Positions 35,504 through 42,951 of a stretch of DNA of 52,311 bases are shown here, in pieces. Numbering within the stretch: the stretch's first letter is position 1; every line of letters starts with the position of its first letter. The stretch comes from Acutalibacteraceae bacterium (lineage in GTDB: Bacteria > Bacillota > Clostridia > Oscillospirales > Acutalibacteraceae). Location: the NCBI GenBank assembly GCA_045601465.1, contig JAZRZU010000071.1, positions 1-52,311 on the forward strand, given 5' to 3'. The notes beneath the pieces are model-generated. The model did not search any database and was not told the origin of the DNA. It worked only from the letters and a program-made list of their open reading frames with translations. The position numbers and the translations under genes were made by a program.

Positions 35504-35918
35504 TATCTAACATCTCCTTTTGTTCTTTTGTCGCAGTTCCGTTTTTCCTTGCACGGATAGCCGCCTGCCACTCCTTTTTTGATACCCACTTGTTTTTGCC
35601 AACAAGTATCTCGTGCTTGGCAGGACGTGCATTTTTACCGTAACCAATACCTGCTTTATCACGCTGAACAACCCAACTATCGCCTTGCTCTTTCGGAGCG
35701 TTAGGGGTGCGGGTGTGCCAACGGCTTGTATAAGAATAATCACCCTTTTCCCAAGTATATTTAACTTGGTCGTATCCGTTTTTCTGTTCTTCTTTTACTG
35801 TGGCAGAGGATGGAATTTTAATAGGTGAACTCTTGGGCAGAGTATTTTCAATGTAATCTTTGCGGTTTTCGCCTGCACCGTGAGTGCCGCCAAAACCACC
35901 GTGAAAGCCTGCACCCAT
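35478..35918 (-). CDS. Basic 146 aa protein with a Gly-rich N-terminus, toxin-domain-like
   Basis: MGAGFHGGFGGTHGAGE... followed by a K/R/W-rich domain (SRWHTRTPNAP..AKHEILVGKNKW..DNGHWKPKK). Its ATG overlaps the DUF4417 stop (TAATG). Confidence 0.45.
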   Translation of the reverse strand: MGAGFHGGFGGTHGAGENRKDYIENTLPKSSPIKIPSSATVKEEQKNGYDQVKYTWEKGDYSYTSRWHTRTPNAPKEQGDSWVVQRDKAGIGYGKNARPAKHEILVGKNKWVSKKEWQAAIRARKNGTATKEQKEMLDNGHWKPKK

Positions 35919-36583
35919 TAAGCACTCACCGCCTTTCGACTTTGCATAAAGTCGCTGTCGAATTGCAGTATTTCAATCCCCATTTCTTTATACTGTGCGA
36001 AAACTTCGTCCGGTGTAGCACCATATACAACAATGGTTTTTGGCTCTAATGTGTTAACTACATATTTTAAGCCTTTTATAAAATACTTGCGTTCGCTCAG
36101 TAGTCTTATGCAACCGTGAGAGCCTACTGCGATTACCCCGTGCTTGTTTATACCCGCACAAGATAATTCAAATGTACGATCATCGCCAAAGCGTATATTT
36201 GGGATGACGGGTATTCCGTTTTCTTGCAACCAATGACCGATTGCACGGCTACGATAAATATTCCATTGTTGCATTACCAACGGCATATCTCGATAGACAC
36301 TAAAATCGGGAGATATAACCCCTTTGAATTTCTTTAGGATAGGGAGATAGGTGTTAGGTCTATTCCATAATCTTTCAAAAGCGGTATCGTCCTCGTAAAA
36401 ATGCACCCAAGCATCATATTCGGTACTGTGTACCGCCTTTGAAAACGCAATGAGCTTGTTGGGCTTTCGCATTTCTGTTTTTAAGCACGGGATTTCAAGT
36501 GGACTATCGTAGGTTGCATTTTTTACTAAAAATGCGTGAAAAACATCTTTGCACCCACTTCGAGTGCCATTTTTTCTTGACAT
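35918..36583 (-). CDS. DUF4417-like protein
   Basis: 221 aa. Contains ISPDFSVYRDMPLVMQQWNIYRSRAIGHWLQENGIPVIPNIRFG, recalled as the DUF4417 core. The RBS is GAGGAGGGCATAATAT. Confidence 0.6.
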   Translation of the reverse strand: MSRKNGTRSGCKDVFHAFLVKNATYDSPLEIPCLKTEMRKPNKLIAFSKAVHSTEYDAWVHFYEDDTAFERLWNRPNTYLPILKKFKGVISPDFSVYRDMPLVMQQWNIYRSRAIGHWLQENGIPVIPNIRFGDDRTFELSCAGINKHGVIAVGSHGCIRLLSERKYFIKGLKYVVNTLEPKTIVVYGATPDEVFAQYKEMGIEILQFDSDFMQSRKAVSA

Positions 36584-36586
36584 ATA

Positions 36587-36787
36587 TTATGCCCTCCTCA
36601 TCTGTTCTTTGCAGAAAATCGCAAATTTTTTTCGTAAAAACATCAATAGTTCTTGCAATTTTTCTTCAGATGTGGCATAATACTTGTAGCAGAATATCGG
36701 ATGCTCGCATCCAAAGAGAACGCACTTTGTAAATTGTTGCCGCAATTTACTGAGTGCTTTTTCTATTTGTACGACCTTTACAATCAT
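36587..36787 (-). CDS. Hypothetical 66 aa protein
   Basis: RBS AAAGGACGGTGATGTTAT, tightly packed between ImmA and DUF4417. Cys-containing (CVLFGCEHPIFC). Confidence 0.45.
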   Translation of the reverse strand: MIVKVVQIEKALSKLRQQFTKCVLFGCEHPIFCYKYYATSEEKLQELLMFLRKKFAIFCKEQMRRA

Positions 36788-36819
36788 ATAACATCACCGT
36801 CCTTTCTCTTAATTTTCTA

Positions 36820-37368
36820 TTACACAGCTTCTTTGAAAAGCTGGAGTAATCGTATTTCGTAATTGGTATAATCCTTATTGCCGTAAGTCAACCATTTACG
36901 ATAGTACGAGAAGGCGTAGCCTGCTGCTTCAAGGCTGATGTCAAAATGCTCGTAAACCTCGTAGGCATCCTTTAACTCTAATTTGTGAATGAGGACGGGC
37001 GGTGCGAGAGCATACTTTGCAAAAAACTTCGCTTCGGCTTCTGCCAATTCGCTTTCTTCCGTGTGATCCAACACTATATGTCCACACTCGTGGGTGAGAG
37101 TGTTGTTGACACGTCCGTAGCCTTTTGCATCGTTATAAAAAATGTACCACACGCCATCTTTCTTGATAGTAAATCCATCCTCGCTTCTTTCCATCATAAG
37201 CTGACGTGTTTCTTCGGATTTTGAGGAATAAGGGACTACCACCGCACCGAGTTTTGTAGCCATTTCAAAGGCACTTATCGGAATACATCGGATGTTAAGT
37301 TCCTCGAAAGTGTTGACGACAATCTCCTTAATTTCCTCACAACGCTTATCAGATAATCTAAATGCCAA
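36820..37368 (-). CDS. ImmA/IrrE family metallopeptidase
   Basis: HEXXH as THECGHIVLDH. Its size and its position right after an XRE gene are typical of the family. Confidence 0.85.
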   Translation of the reverse strand: MAFRLSDKRCEEIKEIVVNTFEELNIRCIPISAFEMATKLGAVVVPYSSKSEETRQLMMERSEDGFTIKKDGVWYIFYNDAKGYGRVNNTLTHECGHIVLDHTEESELAEAEAKFFAKYALAPPVLIHKLELKDAYEVYEHFDISLEAAGYAFSYYRKWLTYGNKDYTNYEIRLLQLFKEAV

Positions 37369-37370
37369 TA

Positions 37371-37682
37371 TTAGTCCTCCCCGAACAAAGCAGAAATAAG
37401 TGCTCGTTTTTGTTTTTCCGACATTGTTGCGGAGTTTCTTGCCAACAAACGCTCTACCTTCGGAAAATCAAAATCATCAGACTCTATACCGAGCAGATAA
37501 TCAGAAGTGGTATGCAGGGCGGTAGCGATGTTTGCAAGCATATCCGCTTTTGGCTCTCTGTCGCCGGAAACGTAACGAGAGAGCGTGGCTTCAGTAGTGT
37601 TAATTCTATCAGCAAGCTCCTTTTGTGTTATACCTTGTTTTTGTAATAGGTTTAATAACCTCTGTCCAAATGCTTTACTCAT
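37371..37682 (-). CDS. XRE family HTH transcriptional regulator
   Basis: ITQKELADRINTTEATLSRYVSGDREP helix-turn-helix. The RBS is AAGGAGGAAATACT. Confidence 0.9.
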   Translation of the reverse strand: MSKAFGQRLLNLLQKQGITQKELADRINTTEATLSRYVSGDREPKADMLANIATALHTTSDYLLGIESDDFDFPKVERLLARNSATMSEKQKRALISALFGED

Positions 37683-37730
37683 AGTATTTCCTCCTTATTT
37701 GCAGAGTAACCTCTATTCAGACTTACCAAA

Positions 37731-37759
37731 AGTATAATACATCTTACCGAAAATGTCAA
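37731..37759 (-). promoter_or_regulatory. Consensus sigma-A promoter of the island operon
   Basis: On the minus strand: TTGACA (37754-37759), 17 nt, then TATACT (37731-37736). GGTAAG direct repeats flank the -10 and may be an operator. Confidence 0.65.
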
Positions 37760-37831
37760 GTCTTTTTCATAATAAACACTATATTTTGTTTTGAATTTGA
37801 AGGACAGACACAAAATAAGACGAAAATAATA

Positions 37832-37877
37832 GGGAGACAACTTCCTTACGGAGTGTCTCCCTTGGTCTGCTCTTTTT
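37832..37877. repeat. Right copy of the inverted repeat pair; it also serves as the ribF terminator
   Basis: The reverse complement reads AAAAAGAGCAGACC + AAGGGAGACA-CTCCGTAAGGAAG-TTGTCTCCC followed by TATTATTTTCG. It overlaps the ribF stop codon. Confidence 0.7.
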
Positions 37878-39453
37878 ATAATTTTTCCAAAATATCCGCT
37901 AACCGCTTGATTTCACACACACCATCGGGATACTCGTCCAAATTTCGTGTGTTCAAATAAACAGCCCGCATACCGGCATCCAATGCCCCTTGTATATCAT
38001 TCACGGGATGGTCGCCGACAAATACACAATCCTGCGGTGCCACACACAACCTTTCTGCCAACCGTCGGAAGATCTCCGGATTCGGCTTGCCCACACCCTC
38101 GTCTGCGGATACAGCGACCCCGTCAAGATACGGCCGAATACCCGCCTTGTCAAGTTTTCGGTTTTGTAACAACGTGTGGCCGTTGGTAATCAGGCCCAAC
38201 CGATATCCCCGCCGTCTGAGCGTTTTTAACACCTGCTCGGTTTCATCGTACAACTGCGTACATAGCGGAAAAATCCGTAAATATTCTTCATACAACGCAC
38301 GACCCGTCACACCGTTTTCCGACGGAATAGCAGCGGCAAACTCCTCAAAAAATGCGTCATAATCCACGTATCCGCCGTTATTCTTAACCAACAAATCCTG
38401 CGCCATTTCTTGCCGTTTTGCCTCGTCAGCCTGCGGAAAATGGCGTTCTATCAACTGTTCCATCGCCGCTTTAAAAGCCATCGTGCGGTCTTGTAACGTA
38501 TCGTCAAAATCAAACAATACCGCTTGTGTTCCGTCACCGCAAAGCACTATATTTGCCTGCTTTGCGTCCTGTGCGATTTGGGCTTTTAATGCCTCAACCG
38601 TCGCAAATTGCCGTTCCTCTCGTAAAAAGCGAACCAGTAAAACCTGTACCGTCTGTCCGTACAAATCACCGTCAAAATCTTGAATCCACGTTTCCGCTTG
38701 CGGCAATTTTACACCACCCACCGTCGGATGTATGCCGATATTGGTCACCGCACGGTATTGCTTTTTACCCAGCACCACGAGCGACGCATACACCCCGTAA
38801 CGGGGAACGGCATAAGCCGTGTCAAATACCTGATTGATGGTGGGGGTTCCCCATTGTCGGCCCCGTTTTGCGCCGCTTTGCACGGGCAACTCTACCGAAA
38901 ACGGCCGTCCCAATAAGCGAGCCGCTTTGGTCATATCCCCCGCTGCGATCGCCTGCCGCACATTGGTGCTGCTCACCGCTTCCCCCTCGCACTGCACCAT
39001 GTCCTCCACGACCACACGAATGTCGTATTGAGCACAAAGCTGCCGCAACGTGTCAACGTTTCCGGCGCCATTCTTACCAAACCGATAATTGTGCCCGCAA
39101 CACACCACACCGGTGTTGAGCGTATCCTTTAAAATCGTCTTGACAAACGTAGCCGGCGACAAATCGCGTATAGCGGCAAACGGCAGGTCGATCCATTCGT
39201 CTACCCCCAGCGTATCCAACAACTGATCTTCCCGTTTTGGGGTCAGTAATCGCCCCGTTTCGCCTTTCGGCACACCGGTTATGGACAGTACCGTTGCCGT
39301 CAACAAGCGACCATCGGTATCCTCTGCCCCGCACGCATTCGCCATTACCAGACGATGGCCGATATGCAGTCCGTCGAATACGCCCAGCGCAACCGCCCGC
39401 CGTACCGTCGGCAATACGTGCCGCTTATCGAGTGTATACCGCATAACCGCCAT
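37876..39453 (-). CDS. ribF: Bifunctional riboflavin kinase/FAD synthetase fused to a C-terminal HAD-family phosphatase domain
   Basis: The FAD synthetase N-terminus (GVFDGLHIGH) and riboflavin kinase domain cover roughly aa 1-305. HAD motifs follow: DFDDTL, ITNG, GKPNP and GDHPVNDI. The likely start is the ATG at 39453. Confidence 0.85.
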   Translation of the reverse strand: MAVMRYTLDKRHVLPTVRRAVALGVFDGLHIGHRLVMANACGAEDTDGRLLTATVLSITGVPKGETGRLLTPKREDQLLDTLGVDEWIDLPFAAIRDLSPATFVKTILKDTLNTGVVCCGHNYRFGKNGAGNVDTLRQLCAQYDIRVVVEDMVQCEGEAVSSTNVRQAIAAGDMTKAARLLGRPFSVELPVQSGAKRGRQWGTPTINQVFDTAYAVPRYGVYASLVVLGKKQYRAVTNIGIHPTVGGVKLPQAETWIQDFDGDLYGQTVQVLLVRFLREERQFATVEALKAQIAQDAKQANIVLCGDGTQAVLFDFDDTLQDRTMAFKAAMEQLIERHFPQADEAKRQEMAQDLLVKNNGGYVDYDAFFEEFAAAIPSENGVTGRALYEEYLRIFPLCTQLYDETEQVLKTLRRRGYRLGLITNGHTLLQNRKLDKAGIRPYLDGVAVSADEGVGKPNPEIFRRLAERLCVAPQDCVFVGDHPVNDIQGALDAGMRAVYLNTRNLDEYPDGVCEIKRLADILEKL

Positions 39454-39606
39454 GTGCATCCCTCTTTCCTGTTACTTGTTCCCCCAGTATAGCATATTTT
39501 CCTTAAAAAGCAAAACTGTTTTAAGAAAATACACAGAAAATACACAAATTTCTTTTATAGTATAGGGTAACGATTTATACTCGAAATAAAGGAGGCAACC
39601 TCTGTT

Positions 39607-40575
39607 ATGATCAACGTGCAAAACCTGTCGAAGCGGTATGGCTCCCACCTGGCGGTGGATAACATCAGCTTTCAGGTAAATGAGGGTGAGATTCTAGGGT
39701 TTCTCGGGCCGAACGGTGCGGGCAAATCCACGACCATGAACATCCTCACCGGTTATCTGTCGTCCACTGAGGGGACGGTCACCATCGACGGACATGATAT
39801 TTTGGAAGAACCCAATGAAGCAAAAGCCAGCATCGGCTATCTGCCGGAACAACCCCCGCTGTACCTGGATATGACGGTACGGGAATATCTGGACTTCGTT
39901 TTTGACCTGAAACACTGCACCTTTAATCGCCAAAAACATATTGCCGAGATATGCCGTCTGATAAAAATCGAAAATGTGTACGATCGGCTAATTAAAAACC
40001 TGTCCAAAGGCTACCGTCAACGTGTCGGGTTTGCGCAAGCACTGATCGGCAACCCGCCGGTGTTGATTCTGGACGAACCCACCGTTGGTTTGGACCCTAA
40101 TCAAATTATTGAAATTCGTACGTTGATAAAGAATCTCGGCAAACACCACACCGTCATTCTTTCGTCGCATATCCTGCAAGAGATCGAAGCGGTGTGCGAC
40201 CGCATCGTCATCATCAACGATGGCAAGATTGTAGCGGATGATACCGCCGCTGCGCTGTCGCAGAAATACTCATCCGATCGCCGTGTACTGGTGCGTGTCG
40301 GCGGCGACGAAAAACGGATAACCGATATTCTTGCCCACGTCGACGGTGTAGCCGAAGTCATCGGTTACGGCGAACGGGAACCGGGCGTGTACGAATATGC
40401 GCTGGAACCGCAAGACGGCGCCGACTTCCGCCGGGCTTTGTTTACGGCTTTGGCAAAAGAAGGCTACCCCTTACTCGGGTTACGTTCAATGGAAATGTCG
40501 CTGGAAGAGATCTTTATCTCCCTCACCCGTGAACAATTACCCCAATCCACCCGCAAAGGAGGTCATCGGAAATGA
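39607..40575 (+). CDS. ABC transporter ATP-binding protein
   Basis: Walker A GPNGAGKST, signature LSKGYRQR and Walker B LILDEPT. Confidence 0.92.
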   Translation: MINVQNLSKRYGSHLAVDNISFQVNEGEILGFLGPNGAGKSTTMNILTGYLSSTEGTVTIDGHDILEEPNEAKASIGYLPEQPPLYLDMTVREYLDFVFDLKHCTFNRQKHIAEICRLIKIENVYDRLIKNLSKGYRQRVGFAQALIGNPPVLILDEPTVGLDPNQIIEIRTLIKNLGKHHTVILSSHILQEIEAVCDRIVIINDGKIVADDTAAALSQKYSSDRRVLVRVGGDEKRITDILAHVDGVAEVIGYGEREPGVYEYALEPQDGADFRRALFTALAKEGYPLLGLRSMEMSLEEIFISLTREQLPQSTRKGGHRK

Positions 40576-41282
40576 GCGCCATTTTCAGACGTGAATTCAA
40601 AACCTATTTCACCACCCCTATTGGGTATATCGTACTGGCAATGATCTTCGGACTCAGCGGATACGACTTCTTCCGATACAATTTAGCCAGCGGCTACACC
40701 GATCTGTCCTATGTATTCAGTTCGGTGCTGTCTTATCTTTTGTTGTTGGTATTACCGGTACTGACCATGCGCTTAATGAGTGATGACAAACGTCAAAAAA
40801 CAGACCAAGCTTTGCTCACCGCCCCGGTCAGCCTGACAGACATCGTCCTCGGCAAATTTTTAGCCGCTTTCTTGCTGTTCACCATCGGCATTTCGATCCT
40901 GTTGGTATTCGCCATCATCATCGCCGCCAAGATCACCCCCGATTGGCTGGTCATAGCGGGCAACTTCTTTGGACTTTTACTGTTGGGCGGTATGATCATC
41001 GCCGTCGGTTTACTCATTTCCTGTCTGACCGAAAGTCAGTTTGTGGCGGCGCTGGGTACCTTCTTAGCTTCGTTCGCCCTGCTGATGATCGATAGTGTCG
41101 GCTCGCTGTTTTCCGGCAGCAAATGGGTCGTATCGGTAACCGATTTTCTTTCGATCACCAAACGATACAGCAACTTTGTACAAGGGCTGATGCAATACGA
41201 CGATATCATCTTTTTTGTCAGCATGATTGCGCTGCTCTTGTTCTTAACCGTGCGTATACTTGACCGTAAACGCTGGAATTGA
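40572..41282 (+). CDS. ABC-2 type transporter permease
   Basis: 236 aa with six hydrophobic helices and an ATGA overlap with the ATPase gene. Confidence 0.8.
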   Translation: MSAIFRREFKTYFTTPIGYIVLAMIFGLSGYDFFRYNLASGYTDLSYVFSSVLSYLLLLVLPVLTMRLMSDDKRQKTDQALLTAPVSLTDIVLGKFLAAFLLFTIGISILLVFAIIIAAKITPDWLVIAGNFFGLLLLGGMIIAVGLLISCLTESQFVAALGTFLASFALLMIDSVGSLFSGSKWVVSVTDFLSITKRYSNFVQGLMQYDDIIFFVSMIALLLFLTVRILDRKRWN

Positions 41283-41301
41283 TGAAAGGAGGCATTTTGA
41301 C

Positions 41302-42951
41302 ATGAACACGTTTGACGAAAACAAAAAGATCCCTGCCGAATCCAAAGACCTCCCCTCGGAGATTCCGGTTGATGCAACCGAAACCGTAGAAGCAGTTGTC
41401 GAGAAACCCAAAAAGAAATTCGCATTGCCGAAACTCAACCTGCGGTCCAACCGCAAACTACGGCTCGGTGCTACCGCTACCGCCTTCACCGTGATTATCA
41501 CCGCTGTTATCTTGCTGTTTAACGTGGTATGCGGCGTATTGGCAGACCGTTATCCTTGGACGTTAGACTTAACAGCCGATAAAACCTATTCACTTTCCGA
41601 AGAAAGCGAAGCGGTGGCAAAAGCGGTGAAAAACGATATTAAGATCATCGTGCTTGCAAGTGAATCGCATTTTGAAAGCCCCAACTTCGGCTCTGATTCG
41701 TATAATACCATCTTCCGCCAATTCCACCATTTTGCCAAGCAATACGAGGAGCTGAGTGGCGGAAAAATCTCGGTATCCTATGTAGACTTGGAAAAAAATC
41801 CGACGCTGTCGTCTACCTACGAACAGAACTACGGCGCCGAAAGCGGTAATATCCTGTTTACCTGTGGCGACCAATATCGCAAGATTGCCTTAACCGACCT
41901 ATTCGAGGAGCAAATGGACTATACCACCTACACCTCCTCCATCACGTCCTTCGTGGAACAAAAGCTCGCCACCAACATCAGTAGTGTCAGCGGCGGAAAA
42001 ACGGTCACGGTCACCTTCTTAACCGGCCACGAAGAGGATCAAAATGCGATTACCGCCCTGAAAAAGCTGTACGAGCTGAACGGCTATTTAACACAAACGG
42101 TGGACTTCACCACCGCCGCCACCATCACTGACACCACGGGTGCTCTTGCCATCGTCGGACCGGTCAAAGACTACTCGCTGGACGAAATTAAACGGTTGCG
42201 TGATTGGATGGATAACGACGGCAAAAAAGGCCGCAACCTCTTTGTATTTGCCAACTATGCCGGCACCTGCCCCAACCTGTACGATTTTCTGTCGGTGGAC
42301 TATGGTATCACGGTTACCTCCAACATCATTATGGAAACCGATGCCAATAACTATCCGATGGATTATATGGGTAGCTACCCGTATATGCCGTTCACCGAGA
42401 TCCTCTCCACCGATCTGACCGGTACCAACGTAGCGGGCAAAAAAGTGATCATGCCGCTGACGTTGCAACTGCTTACCGCAAAAGGCACAGACGATAAAGA
42501 GGACGTGTTGACCAATCACTCGCTCATCACCTTCTCCGAAAGCTGTCGCTTGACCCCCATAGCCGACCTTCTCACCGAAAAAGAAGAGGACGACTTTATT
42601 AAGATCGAAGCAGACAAATATCCGGTCGTCGGTATGGCGTATGCACGGGATTACGATGTGGTGAACAACGAAGAGGTGGCAAACCATGTCGTGGTCAGCG
42701 GCAGTTACAACCTAACCGCCTTTACCACCGCCGCACAATACGAAAACGAAGGATTGATACTCGAACCGCTGCGTACCCTGTGCAGCTTGGGTGATACCGT
42801 GGTCATATCCGGTAAATATCTCTCCGCCGAAACGCTCTCCTTCTCCTCGTTGACCGCCACGGTTCTGGGACTCGGTGTATTCACCATCGGTATCCCGTTA
42901 ATACTCATCATCATTTGCTTAGTCGTGTTCTTTAAGAGGAGGCACTTATGA
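41302..42951 (+). CDS. GldG-like ABC transport auxiliary protein (ABC-type uncharacterised transport system)
   Basis: ATG at 41302 follows GAAAGGAGG. It has N- and C-terminal TM anchors around a large extracytoplasmic domain. The operon context (ABC, ABC-2, GldG-like, DUF4340) is conserved. Confidence 0.6.
   Translation: MNTFDENKKIPAESKDLPSEIPVDATETVEAVVEKPKKKFALPKLNLRSNRKLRLGATATAFTVIITAVILLFNVVCGVLADRYPWTLDLTADKTYSLSEESEAVAKAVKNDIKIIVLASESHFESPNFGSDSYNTIFRQFHHFAKQYEELSGGKISVSYVDLEKNPTLSSTYEQNYGAESGNILFTCGDQYRKIALTDLFEEQMDYTTYTSSITSFVEQKLATNISSVSGGKTVTVTFLTGHEEDQNAITALKKLYELNGYLTQTVDFTTAATITDTTGALAIVGPVKDYSLDEIKRLRDWMDNDGKKGRNLFVFANYAGTCPNLYDFLSVDYGITVTSNIIMETDANNYPMDYMGSYPYMPFTEILSTDLTGTNVAGKKVIMPLTLQLLTAKGTDDKEDVLTNHSLITFSESCRLTPIADLLTEKEEDDFIKIEADKYPVVGMAYARDYDVVNNEEVANHVVVSGSYNLTAFTTAAQYENEGLILEPLRTLCSLGDTVVISGKYLSAETLSFSSLTATVLGLGVFTIGIPLILIIICLVVFFKRRHL

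Larger units (their letters stand above)
34862..37828 (-). mobile_element. AT-richer ~3 kb accessory island (six-gene XRE/ImmA-controlled operon) with no recombinase
   Basis: Composition shifts visibly against GC-rich flanks, and the cargo is typical of mobile or conflict elements. It sits between converging core genes (yfcE on plus, ribF on minus). Confidence 0.6.
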
